Of a stretch of 64,000 nucleotides of DNA, positions 1-8,929 are shown in pieces (positions within the stretch are counted from its first letter, which is position 1; every line of letters begins with the position of its first letter). Made by a program: the position numbers and the translations under genes. The DNA is from an uncultured Chloroflexia bacterium (GTDB lineage: Bacteria; Chloroflexota; Chloroflexia; Thermomicrobiales; UBA6265). The stretch spans positions 4,791 to 68,790 of the forward strand of contig CAVXMK010000024.1 of the NCBI GenBank assembly GCA_963762985.1, given 5' to 3'. The notes beneath the pieces are model-generated. The model searched no databases. It worked only from the letters and a program-made list of their open reading frames with translations, and was not told where the DNA came from.

Positions 1-809
1 CGGAATACCGGCGCGGCGAAGGTGTCGCCGACGGAGATGGCGTTCCCGGCGTTGCCGCCGCAGTTGATGTCGCCAATGGAGATCGCGCCGCCATCCGCCG
101 AGGCGTTCGAGATCCCACCGTTGCCGGCGCTGCTGGTAATGGAGCCGCCATTGCCGGCGCTGCCGCCGTTGGAGGCGATGTTGTCGTCGCCGCCGGAGGC
201 ATCGGCGATGGCAGTGCCGCCATCGGCGCTGACGGTGATGATCGTCTCGTTGGTCACGGTGCCGCCGTCGATGTAGACGCCGCCGAGCGCGTGCCGCAGG
301 CGTCGTAGCCGCCGCCCCAGGTGTCGCCAACGGCGATGGCCGTGCCGACATTGCCACCGGAGTTGACGTTCTCGACGGCGATCGCCCCGCCATCGGCGGC
401 GGCGCCGGAGATGCCGCCGTTTCGGCGGCCGCGGTCTTGGCGTCGTCGTCGCGGTCGCGGTCGTTCTTGCGGTTGTTCTTGTTGTTCCTCTTCTTGTCGT
501 TGTCCTGTCTTGTCGCCGCCGGTGGTGGCCAGATTGTCGTCGCCGCCGGAGGAGTCGCCGATGGCCGTGCCGCCGTCGGCGCTCAGGTCGAGGGTGGTGA
601 TGTTGGTGATGTCGCCAGCGTAGATGGAGACGGTGGCGGGGCGGCGTCATCGGCGCAGACCGGGGCGATGTACTCGTGGGGGCGTCTGGGTAGGCTTCGG
701 CCCCTGCGCCGGGCGCCCAGGGGAGGAGTCCCGCGGCGATCAGCGCGGTCACGGCCAAACGCGGGGTGGATGATCGCCGCGGCCGATTTCCCTGCCCGAG
801 CCAGCACAT
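1..809 (-). pseudogene. Secreted Gly/Asp-rich repeat protein, N-terminal part of a gene running off the left edge; needs two frame changes
   Basis: A minus-strand ATG at 809 opens a signal-peptide-like RRSSTPRLAVTALIAAGLLPWAPGAGAEA. Repeat units follow, such as SADGGTAIGDSSGGDDN and SADGGTAIADASGGDDN. The segment at about 290-650 is read in a different frame from both the leader and the 1-290 part. No family recognised. Confidence 0.4.
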
Positions 810-965
810 CGTCGGCCTCGCTTCGCGGGGCGGCCATGCGGGAGGCCGCGAGGCGGGATTGATCCCTTCAGGACCGGCAGAATTTCGTGTTTGTGCCAGT
901 CTGTCACCATGACGCGCGGCAGCGACGGTTCGTTACGCCGGGTTGCTTGGGAAGATCCGTCTGTT

Positions 966-1559
966 GACACTGTGTTGGCCGTCAAGCCGCAACGGGCAGG
1001 ATGGCGGGGTGATGTGTTCGCAGTGCGTGCATTTTGCCCATCAATTGCCGCAGTAGCTTGTGGGCGGCGATGCCGGCGTCGCCCCTTGGCTGTTTGCTCA
1101 TGGAGCGTCGTTCCCGCGTCGCCCCTTGGGTTGCCACGCTCGCACCGTAGACCGGGGTGCTCCGGCACGGCGGCGGGGCCACCGGACGGTGTCGAGGGCC
1201 GGGACGACCGCATCCACACGGCCGGGGCACGCCGCCAGGCCGGAGACGGGCTCCGCCGCCTCCGCCGGGCTGCATCCGCGCCAGGACCAGGCCGGCCAAC
1301 GCGACCGCAACCGGCTCAGCAAACAGGGCTGCCCGGCGCTGCGCCACGCCCGCTCCCTGGCCGCCTTGACCGCCGTCCGCGGCGACCCGGCCATGGCCCG
1401 CTGGCATCGCCGCTCGGCTGGGACGCGGCCACGCGGCCAGGTGCGCCACCCGCGCCGTGGCCCACACGGTGCGGCGCCAGGTGATGGCCAAGATCAAGGC
1501 CTTGCGCCGCGATCACCCCCTCATCCTGCCCGCGGCGGCTTGACGGCCAACACAGTGTC
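966..1559. mobile_element. MITE-like element bounded by perfect 25-bp inverted repeats
   Basis: gacactgtgttggccgtcaagccgc (966-990) is the exact reverse complement of 1535-1559. The ~544 bp between them contains only Arg/Pro/Gly-rich ORFs with no recognisable domain. Confidence 0.4.
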
Positions 1560-1606
1560 TACGAACGGGGAGGCGTGGCACCATTCCAAAAGGCCATGAC
1601 TACCCA

Positions 1607-1700
1607 CTTAGGGGAAGAGAGGGGTTGGGGTGAGGGCCGTTCGCGGCAGACGTGATTCCGTATCAACTCCCGCCGCCATCACCCCGTGCTTCCCCTACGC
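1607..1700. repeat. G-tract/C-tract imperfect palindromic element (copy E1)
   Basis: The left arm ttaggggaagagaggggttggggtgaggg faces the right arm ccatcaccccgtgcttcccctac across a ~40-nt spacer. The element overlaps the stop codon of the upstream minus-strand gene. Confidence 0.5.
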
Positions 1701-2489
1701 CTCATCACTCGCCGCGGCAAAAGCAACTGGCCCCTGGATGACAACGGGGTCGCCCTCGACGAAATCGGCCGCGCCCTGGTCGCACCACTCCGCCGCGAGC
1801 CGGGTCGACTCCGTGGCGCCCTCCTCAGTCTCGTAGACTCCGATACTGAATTGATCTCGTGTCTCCTCGTTCGCAACCGCCAGATAGGCCACAAAACCCG
1901 GCGGCGATTCCAGCAACGGCAAGGATCCCTCGCGCACCAGATCCAGCAGCTCGGTGCCGGAGCGATCGGGATTCAGCGTGCGCGAACGGATCACGGCGTA
2001 GCCGCCCGCGAGCTCGTCGCCGCCGAGACTGCCCGCGGCGACGCCGATCGTCCCCTCGATCACGCTCGGCTCGCCCGTGAAGAATTCGTACTGGTTCTCT
2101 TGCAGCCACTCCCCTCCCACCCGCGTCGACTCGTCGGCGCCGGTCTTGTCGGCGAACACGTTCACGAACGCGGTCTGACGAGACGACGGATCGCTGACTC
2201 CCAGATAGGCAACGAACCCGGGGACTGCCTCAACGAGCGGGATGAAACCTTCCTGGATCGTCGCGAGCACGTCCGCTGTCTGGAGTTCGCCCGTGAGCGT
2301 GCGGATTCGCACGGCCACGTAACGCCCTTCGAGACCACGGCCAGCAGACGGCGAGGCCACGGGTCTCGCCTCCTGGGCGGCGACGAGCCGCCGGCTCCCG
2401 ATCGCGTTGCCATTTAACTGGAGCACCGCGACCGCAAGTCCGCCGCCTGCCTTGAACATCGCTCGCCGCGTCACGCCTTGGACCCGCAT
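1695..2489 (-). CDS. Tat-exported protein with two ABM/ferredoxin-fold-like repeats
   Basis: ATG at 2489 is preceded by AAGGAG. Twin-arginine leader is MRVQGVTRRAMFKAGGGLAVAV. Two internal repeats each contain PGFVAYL...EST motifs typical of antibiotic-biosynthesis-monooxygenase-like domains. The long ORF upstream of 2489 is Arg/Ser-rich and looks non-coding. Confidence 0.6.
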   Translation of the reverse strand: MRVQGVTRRAMFKAGGGLAVAVLQLNGNAIGSRRLVAAQEARPVASPSAGRGLEGRYVAVRIRTLTGELQTADVLATIQEGFIPLVEAVPGFVAYLGVSDPSSRQTAFVNVFADKTGADESTRVGGEWLQENQYEFFTGEPSVIEGTIGVAAGSLGGDELAGGYAVIRSRTLNPDRSGTELLDLVREGSLPLLESPPGFVAYLAVANEETRDQFSIGVYETEEGATESTRLAAEWCDQGAADFVEGDPVVIQGPVAFAAASDEA

Positions 2490-2565
2490 GGTGTGCTCCT
2501 TCTTTATTCGTCGGCCGTCGGGTCCTTGGGCGATGCTCGTGCAGCCATCGCCCCAGACCGCCGAG

Positions 2566-2970
2566 TCAGACGAGCTTCCGATACAGCTCTTCGACCGCCA
2601 GTTCTGGATCGTTCGCGAGCCCAGTATGCACCGCGCCCGGCTGCACGACCGTGCTCGATGGCGCACTGACCCAGCCGAAGCGCTCCGCCGCCGGCAGCGC
2701 CGCGATCGGCCCACCCGCCGGGTTCCCCTCTACCACCAATTGCATCGCCTCGAGTGTCCGCGCTACCCCATCGATATCGAGGTCCGGCCAGAGGGCGCGC
2801 AGCCGATCCGCGTCGAGTCGCCAGCGGACGGCGAGGTATTTGCGCGGGCGGGAATAGAGAACGACGCCCACATTGACGAACTCCCCCCGCTCCACCCGTG
2901 GCACGATCCGGATGACCGCGTAGGCATAGGGCGCCCGCTCGCCGTCGGCGTCTCCCTCACCCGGCGGCAC
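2566..2970 (-). CDS. DUF3037 domain protein
   Basis: YAYAVIRIVPRVERGEFVNVGVVLYSRPRKYLAVRWRLD matches the DUF3037 N-terminal pattern. A GTG start at 2970 with AGGAGG upstream overlaps the stop of the HipA-like gene. Confidence 0.7.
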   Translation of the reverse strand: MPPGEGDADGERAPYAYAVIRIVPRVERGEFVNVGVVLYSRPRKYLAVRWRLDADRLRALWPDLDIDGVARTLEAMQLVVEGNPAGGPIAALPAAERFGWVSAPSSTVVQPGAVHTGLANDPELAVEELYRKLV

Positions 2971-3775
2971 GACGTGCCTCCTCGGCTTCGGCAACCCAGG
3001 CGCGGGGCGCAGCCAGCCGTCCCAGCAGGTGCCGTTCGTAGGCGTCCCGATGCCTCTCCGGGGCCAGGAACGGCGGCACGCCGTCCAGCAATTCGTCAGG
3101 GATCTCCCCGAGAATTTCGCGAATGAGGTCTGGGGAGAGACTCGGCGCGAGCCGCGCATCCGCCTCATCGATGGACCCGGCGATCGGCAGCAGCACATGG
3201 TCGCGGATGATCGGGAAACCCGCCCCGGCCCCTGCGGCGATCACCTCCAGATTGTCGCTCCAGCCGTGCTGAGTGTAGATGGCCGCCCCGTGGTCGATCA
3301 GCCACAGGTTGCGGTGCCACAGGAGCAGATTCGGGTTGCGCGGCGTGCGGTCGACGTTCTGCAAGAAGGCGTCGAACCAGACCACCTCCGCCGCCAACCC
3401 CGGCGAGACCCCCGAGCCCACGGGCGCGCCCAGCGGCAACGACCCAGGCAGGTAATCAAGCCCCACGTTGAGCCCCGTGCTCCGCTCCAGCAGCTCTTGG
3501 ATCTCCGGGTCCGGCTCGGCCATCCCCAGCGCCGGATCGAGCTCGACCAGCACCGTCTCCGGCACCGGCAGCCCCAGCGCGCGCCCAATCCCGGCGGCGA
3601 TCAACTCCGCCACCAGCGCCTTCGGCCCCTGCCCGGCCCCGCGGAACTTCACCACGTACATCCCGTCGTCGTCCGCCTCGACGATGGCCGGCAGCGACCC
3701 GCCCTCCCGCAGCGGCGTCACATAGCGCAGGCAGCGAACCGTTCTCACCAGTGGCACAGCCGTCTCAGACACCAC
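2957..3775 (-). CDS. HipA-like serine/threonine kinase family protein
   Basis: The 272-aa ORF contains VVKFRGAGQGPKALVAELIAAGIGRALGLPVPE and the catalytic-loop-like NVDRTPRNPNLLLWHRNLWLIDHGAA. This is the usual partner of DUF3037. Confidence 0.7.
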   Translation of the reverse strand: MVSETAVPLVRTVRCLRYVTPLREGGSLPAIVEADDDGMYVVKFRGAGQGPKALVAELIAAGIGRALGLPVPETVLVELDPALGMAEPDPEIQELLERSTGLNVGLDYLPGSLPLGAPVGSGVSPGLAAEVVWFDAFLQNVDRTPRNPNLLLWHRNLWLIDHGAAIYTQHGWSDNLEVIAAGAGAGFPIIRDHVLLPIAGSIDEADARLAPSLSPDLIREILGEIPDELLDGVPPFLAPERHRDAYERHLLGRLAAPRAWVAEAEEARRAAG

Positions 3776-3862
3776 CCCTCACCCGTCCATCACACGCCAG
3801 CGTACAGCGTTCACACGGAAACCAAAGGAACATCCCAATCCAGAACCTCCCCGGCGGAAAAG

Positions 3863-3895
3863 CCCCCCTCTCCCATGGGTCATGGGAGAGGGGGG
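3863..3895. repeat. 14-bp-stem hairpin repeat (family B: CCCCCCTCNCCCAT...ATGGGNGAGGGGGG)
   Basis: cccccctctcccat gggtc atgggagagggggg. A second copy lies at 25162-25193. Confidence 0.6.
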
Positions 3896-3903
3896 GGTTG
3901 GGG

Positions 3904-5133
3904 CTCTGTTCCTGACAGTTTGGGCCGAGGAGGCCGACACGGGGTTCTGCTGCGACACTGCTGGGTAGTTGAGATCCGGCAGCGTGCAGCGGAGGTGCCC
4001 CGTGTCGAGCCGAGGACGATTGTTGCATGCGTGGACGCGGCAGGTCGCAGCGGTGGTGCCGGCGGCGCGGGTGACGCGGGTGCGGGTCTTGGCGCTGTTT
4101 GCGGCGGGGATCGTGTGGGCCAACGCGGTGACCTTGGACAAAGTGGCCGCGGCGCTGCCGCTGGGGGCCGCCGATCCGAGCACGGAGCGGCGCTTGCAGC
4201 GCTTTCTGACCAATCCCGGGGTGGATGTGGCGACGCCGTGGCAGCCGCTGCTGCCGATCTTGCTGGCCAGCGTGGGCCAGCGGGAGATGGTCCTCGTCTT
4301 CGACCGGCCCCGTACTGCGACGACGCCACGATCCTGGTGCTGGGGGTGGTGGTGCGGCGGCGGGTGCTGCCGTTGGCCTGGCGGGTGATGCCCCAGGAGC
4401 CGGACGGGCCGGAGCGGCTGCGCGACGTGTTGGGACCGCTGCTGGCCCCGGTGGCCGCCGTGATCCCGGCGGGCACGACCGTCACGTTGCTGGCCGATCG
4501 CGGCCTGGTGGGACCCGGCATCATCGATACCACCCGCACCGTGGGCTGGCACATCGTGCTGCGCTTGCGCGCCGGCGCGGGCGAAGCGACCCGCGTGCGC
4601 CTCGGTGCCGGACCCGTCCAGCGCCTGGCCGAACTGCCCACCGGCCCGGGGCGGCGCTTCGCGGGACCGGCTGCCATCTTCCAAGACGCGGGGTGGCGCG
4701 ACGGCTTCCTGAGCCTCCACTGGGATCGCACCGCCCAGGAGCCCTGGGTGCTCTTTTCCGAGCGCCCGCCCGGCCCGGATCGGGTGCGCGAGTACCGCCA
4801 GCGCGTCCGCGCCGAGGCCACCTACCAGGCCGAGAAAACCCGGGGCTTCGGTCTGGAGGCCAGCAAGATCACCGCCCTGGCGCGCATCGAGCGGTTGTTG
4901 CTGCCGCTGCATCTGGCGCTGTGGTGGGCCTAGGGGCTGGGCCTGCAAGCGATCCGCAACGGCCAGCGGCACCGCTTCGATCGCCGGGATCGCCGCGACC
5001 GCAGTATGCTCCGCATTGGGCGCCGCGCCTGTCTGTACGCCCTCGATCGCGATCATCTGCCCGGCTTACCCTTTCGCCACACGCCCATCGGCTGGGAATT
5101 TCGATGGCTGCGATGAAACTGTCAGGGAGGGAG
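3904..5133 (+). mobile_element. IS4-family insertion sequence (degenerate)
   Basis: Terminal inverted repeats are ctctgttcctgacagttt (3904-3921) and aaactgtcagggagggag (5116-5133), matching 15 of 18 with an 11-bp perfect core. They enclose a DDE transposase reading frame. Confidence 0.65.
3969..5116 (+). pseudogene. IS4-family DDE transposase, disrupted (frameshift near 4300-4312 and in-frame TAG at 4931-4933)
   Basis: N-terminal part ...LQRFLTNPGVDVATPWQPLLPILLASVGQREMVLVFD continues in another frame as PYCDDATILVLGVVVRRRVLPLAW...LLADRG. The IS4 Y-x2-R-x3-E-x6-K signature YRQRVRAEATYQAEK is present. The C-terminus continues after the TAG as GLGLQAIRNGQRHRFDRRDRR. Confidence 0.7.
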
Positions 5134-5215
5134 GGGTGACAGGGTGATGGGGAGCAGCCGAGGCCCATCGGACACCCGTTCAACTCCCCACGATCCTAAC
5201 ATCCTGTCACCCTCA
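5131..5215. repeat. G-tract/C-tract palindromic element (copy E3), abutting the IS right end
   Basis: gaggggtgacagggtgatgggga ... tccccacgatcctaacatcctgtcaccctc. Confidence 0.55.
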
Positions 5216-5296
5216 CCAAAGGCGCCCGTCTGACTGGTATCGCTGCTGCACGGATCGCGGGCTGACCGCGCCGGCATCCGGCTGAGGGGCGATGCG

Positions 5297-5659
5297 GTGC
5301 AAGCACTGCGGCAGAACGCGGACTGCTTCCGCTTCCTGCTCGACGACGTGCGCGATCCCCGCTTCAAGGCGATCGCGGGTACCGCGCTCGGTTTGATCGC
5401 GATCGGCTCGGTCGTGTTCTGGCTGCTGGAGGGGTGGATGCTTCTCGACGCCGTCGCCTTTTCGGTGATGACGGTGACCACCGTGGGCTTCGGCGATCTG
5501 GCGGCCCGCACCGCGCCGGGGAAGATCTTCACGATCGTCTACGTGGTACTCGGCGTCGGTCTCCTCGGTGGCTTCCTGTCGCTGGTCGCCAAGCGGGCGA
5601 GCGGGCGTCTCGAGCGGCAGGGGCCGGCCACGAAAGACGATGAAGAGAGGATTCCTTGA
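5297..5659 (+). CDS. Two-TM pore-only potassium channel (Ion_trans_2 type)
   Basis: Selectivity filter TVTTVGFGD lies between two hydrophobic helices. 120 aa, GTG start. Confidence 0.8.
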   Translation: MQALRQNADCFRFLLDDVRDPRFKAIAGTALGLIAIGSVVFWLLEGWMLLDAVAFSVMTVTTVGFGDLAARTAPGKIFTIVYVVLGVGLLGGFLSLVAKRASGRLERQGPATKDDEERIP

Positions 5660-6065
5660 CGCTCGTCATCCAGTGGATCGTCGCGGCGGTGGCCATCGCG
5701 GCCGCGGCGTGGATCGTGCCGGGAATTGCCGTGCGCGGGGAGGAGTGGGTGGCGCTGGGGGTCACGGCCATCGTGCTGGGACTGGTCAACGCGCTGGTGC
5801 GGCCTGTTCTGCTTCTGTTGAGGAGCCCATTACCCTGATCACGCTGGGGTTGTTCATCTTCCTGACCAATGCCCTCACACTGCTGCTGGCCAGTTGGCTC
5901 ACGACCAATCTCTTCGGGCTGGGACTGGTGATCGACGGGTTCCGGTCCGCGCTGGTGGGCGCGCTGCTGATCAGCCCGCTGAGGAGGAGAAGACAAGCCG
6001 GGAAGGCGAACGCCAGCCACAGCCCGCGCGAGGCAACCAGGAAGAGGCACGCCGCCACGACATAA
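5656..6065 (+). pseudogene. Phage_holin_4_2/YvlD-like four-TM membrane protein, frameshifted near 5822 with an aberrant C-terminus
   Basis: MTLVIQWIVAAVAIAAAAWIVPGIAV...LGLVNALVRPVLLLL continues only in another frame as ITLITLGLFIFLTNALTLLLASWL...GFRSALVGALLIS. The tail after about 5985 is Arg/Lys-rich and overlaps a convergent membrane-protein fragment. Confidence 0.5.
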
Positions 6066-6461
6066 CTCAGCAGAGGAAGGCCACCGCAGCGAGCGGCAGC
6101 AGATAGAGTCCGACGATGCTGAGCCACCGCCGGTCGGGCCCGCCATAGTACTGGACGATCGCGTCGTCGCTGGCGCGGAGTCCGGGCGCCTGGGTCAGGA
6201 TGGAAACGCTGACGACAAAGAGCACGGCGAAGGCGGCGCCGGCCGCGGCCGTGGCGAGCGTGATCTTGCGGAAATGGTCCGCCGCGTCCTCACCCGCGTG
6301 GGTCTGTTCTACGATGCCCTTCCCATCACCACCATCCACGCCGGGCTGACGGTGCGCGATACTGCGCGAGCGCGGCGCCCGGCGCGGGGTCTCGCCTCGG
6401 TAACGACGCACGACACGCGGGGCACGGCCACGCACCACCAGAGCGCCGCCATCGTAGAGGA

Positions 6462-7103
6462 GTGGGGATTCCCGTGGGACGCATCTTTGCAACGATTGAC
6501 GACACGCTGCGGCAGTGGCTGACGAAGCAACCGTTGTTCTTCGTGGCCACGGCGCCGAACGACCCGGAAGGGCGCGTCAACCTCTCCCCGAAGGGGGGTG
6601 AAGGCGTGTTTCGCGTGCTGGGGCCGAACCGGGTGGCCTACGTCGATCTGGTTGGGAGCGGGGTGGAGACGGTGGCCCACCTGCGCGAGAACGGGCGCAT
6701 TGTGCTGATGTTCTGCGCGTTCAACGGGCCACCGAAGATCGTGCGGCTGCACGGGCAGGGGCTCGCCATCCCGGAGGATGACCCGGAGTACGCGGCGCTG
6801 CTGCCGGAGTTTGCATTGCCCGAGGAGCACGTGCCGCTGGCGCGCGGGATGGTGGTTGTCGACGTCGCGCGCATCGCCGACTCGTGCGGGTTCGGGGTGC
6901 CGCGCATGGAACTGGTTTCCGAGCGAGACCAGCTCGTGCGCTGGAGCGAGGGGCAGCGCTCGAAGCACGGGGACGTCTGGAAGGCGCGCTACATGGCCGC
7001 CAACAACGCGACGAGCATCGACGGGCTGCCGGGGTATGACCCGGAGGAAGTGCTGGACGAGGGGGAGGCGCGGGCGCTGTCGAGCAGTGGGAGGGCGTTG
7101 TAG
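6462..7103 (+). CDS. Pyridoxamine 5'-phosphate oxidase-family (FMN-binding split barrel) protein
   Basis: PLFFVATAPNDPEGRVNLSPKGG...RVAYVDLVGSGVETVAHLRENGRIVLMFCAF is the typical PNPOx-like pattern. Confidence 0.75.
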   Translation: MGIPVGRIFATIDDTLRQWLTKQPLFFVATAPNDPEGRVNLSPKGGEGVFRVLGPNRVAYVDLVGSGVETVAHLRENGRIVLMFCAFNGPPKIVRLHGQGLAIPEDDPEYAALLPEFALPEEHVPLARGMVVVDVARIADSCGFGVPRMELVSERDQLVRWSEGQRSKHGDVWKARYMAANNATSIDGLPGYDPEEVLDEGEARALSSSGRAL

Positions 7104-7144
7104 GGGCAGGCGCAATGGCCAACCATGACCGTCGCGGCCCCTTC

Positions 7145-7167
7145 GCCTGACCCTAAAGGGATCAGGC
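7145..7167. repeat. 23-bp hairpin repeat (family C)
   Basis: gcctgaccctaaagggatcaggc. Its reverse complement, with one mismatch, recurs at 30776-30798. Confidence 0.55.
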
Positions 7168-7258
7168 TGACCGAACGGAAGAACCCTGAAGGGTCCTGGG
7201 GACGCGATGCGAGTGCCACGATTGGCGGCACTCGCGTGGGTAGGCGCGGCGGCTTCGC

Positions 7259-7909
7259 TTACCGCTCAGAGCTGGCGGTTTCCGGCTCGCGAGTCAGGGC
7301 CGGGGCGATGTGGACTGGCTCCAGGACCTCGTCGATGAGGCCGTACTCGCGGGCTTCCTGGGCGGTCATGTAGTAGTCGCGGTCGCTGTCGCGCTTGACC
7401 TTTTCGAACGGCTGCCCGGTGTGGGCTGAGAGGAGCGACAGGCACTTGGCCGAGAGGGTCAGCGCCTCGCGGGCGGCGACCTCGATGTCGGGCACGGCGC
7501 CGCTGAAGCCACCGGAACCCTGGTGGATGAGGATGCGGGCGTTGGGGAGAGCGAAGCGCTTGCCCGCCGTTCCCGCCGCCAGCAGCACCGCGCCCATGCT
7601 GGCCCCGAAGCCCATGCAGAAGGTGGCGATGTCGGGTTTGATCATCTGCATGGTGTCGTAGATGGCGAGGCCGGAATAGATGGTGCCGCCGGGGGAGTTG
7701 ATGTAGAGCTTGATGTCCTGGTCGGGGTCGTCGTGGGCCAGGAACAGCATCTGGGCGATGATGACGTTGGCCACGTCGTCGTCGACCGGGGTGCCGAGGA
7801 AGATGATGCGGTCCTTGAGCAGGCGCGAGTAGATGTCGAAGGCGCGCTCGCCGCGGTTGGTGCTTTCGATGACGGTGGGGATGAGGTTTTCGACGGATGG
7901 GATATGCAT
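7259..7909 (-). CDS. clpP: ATP-dependent Clp protease proteolytic subunit
   Basis: [25 protein letters not shown], catalytic Ser in GFGASMGA, His in ILIHQ, and Asp in [13 protein letters not shown]. Confidence 0.95.
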   Translation of the reverse strand: MHIPSVENLIPTVIESTNRGERAFDIYSRLLKDRIIFLGTPVDDDVANVIIAQMLFLAHDDPDQDIKLYINSPGGTIYSGLAIYDTMQMIKPDIATFCMGFGASMGAVLLAAGTAGKRFALPNARILIHQGSGGFSGAVPDIEVAAREALTLSAKCLSLLSAHTGQPFEKVKRDSDRDYYMTAQEAREYGLIDEVLEPVHIAPALTREPETASSER

Positions 7910-8347
7910 GGGTGGGTGAACTCCGCTAGAGAATTCCGGATGATCGACCCGCGAGACTTCTTCGCCGTGGCGCGGGGGGTGAGTCTACCAGAGCCTCAGG
8001 ATGAATCTGCTCAACACCGATGCGCGCAACTCTATTGAAAACCCACTCACGACTGCCGATTTATCCACAACCGAAGGGCGGCGATCAGCAGATGCCGCCC
8101 TTCAGCTCATTCGTGCCTTGCCGTTGTCAGAGGTCAAGGACACACCCTCTCGTTATCGAGGGGTCACTGTCGTGTTCCGAAGTATTGAGCCTGCGTGTGA
8201 CGGGTGGCCTCCTTTCACTCTCTGCGGAAAAGAGGGAGGGTACCCCACAGAGATTGTACGCCGCGGTCGGAATGTTGTCCAGCGGTTATGCGCAAATCGT
8301 TTGTGGTTCCCGAGTTGCCGCGCCTCGGAGTTGACCGGTAACGGCGA

Positions 8348-8908
8348 TCAAACAGCGAAGAGCCGCTCCAGGTCTATCTCCACCCCTGGCAGCGCGGCCA
8401 GTCTGATCACGCCGCTGCTGTAGACCGTTTCCTGGTACGACCCGTCTGCCTGGCGCACCCAGCTCGTCACGGTGCGTTCGTAGGGGTGGATGCGCCAGAT
8501 CTCCAGGTCGCCGCGATGCTTGTAGACAGGGAGCTTCGTATCGACATCGTAGTCGCCGGTCGAGGCCGACCAGACCTCAGCCACGAGGGGCAGAGGTCCG
8601 GGGAATATCGCCAGCTTGCCAGGACGGCCGCGGAATGGCTCGCCGTAAGCTGTGGGAACAACCATGACGTCCGGGATGAAGATGGTCGCCGCTGGACGCA
8701 GAAGCCGGCTCTCGGCAAAAATACGGAACTCGGCCCGGTCAAGTTGGTGGCGCAGCAAATAGACGAGTTCGGTCACGACATCGACGTGGTCCCAGCTTAT
8801 CCCCGGCTTCTCCACCAGCACCCCATCGTGCAGTTCCCACAACCCCTCCACCCCGGAAAGCACAAACGCCTCGTAGGCGGCTTCGGTCATGCGATGCGCG
8901 ACGGCCAT
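8348..8908 (-). CDS. Uma2-family (DUF820) putative endonuclease
   Basis: WELHDGVLVEKP...IPDVMVVP...PLPLVAEVWSASTGDYDVDTKLPVYKHRGDLEIWRIHP is the PD-(D/E)xK-like Uma2 pattern. Confidence 0.8.
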   Translation of the reverse strand: MAVAHRMTEAAYEAFVLSGVEGLWELHDGVLVEKPGISWDHVDVVTELVYLLRHQLDRAEFRIFAESRLLRPAATIFIPDVMVVPTAYGEPFRGRPGKLAIFPGPLPLVAEVWSASTGDYDVDTKLPVYKHRGDLEIWRIHPYERTVTSWVRQADGSYQETVYSSGVIRLAALPGVEIDLERLFAV

Positions 8909-8929
8909 CGCCGTTTCCTTTCCGATGCC

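Noticed and set aside
3029-4933. 634-aa ORF spanning the antisense of the HipA-like gene and the IS
   Set aside because: This is a composite. Its first ~300 residues are an Arg/Pro-rich shadow of the HipA-like gene, and only the last ~210 residues (transposase C-terminal part) look like protein.
8001-8423. 140-aa plus-strand ORF in the lower-GC gap upstream of clpP
   Set aside because: It has no RBS and atypical composition, and its 3' end overlaps the Uma2 gene on the other strand. The region is better treated as non-coding (hairpin near 8072-8102). A clpP promoter could not be placed confidently: a TAGACT -10-like box lies at 7982-7987, but the only TTGAGC box is 21 nt away.
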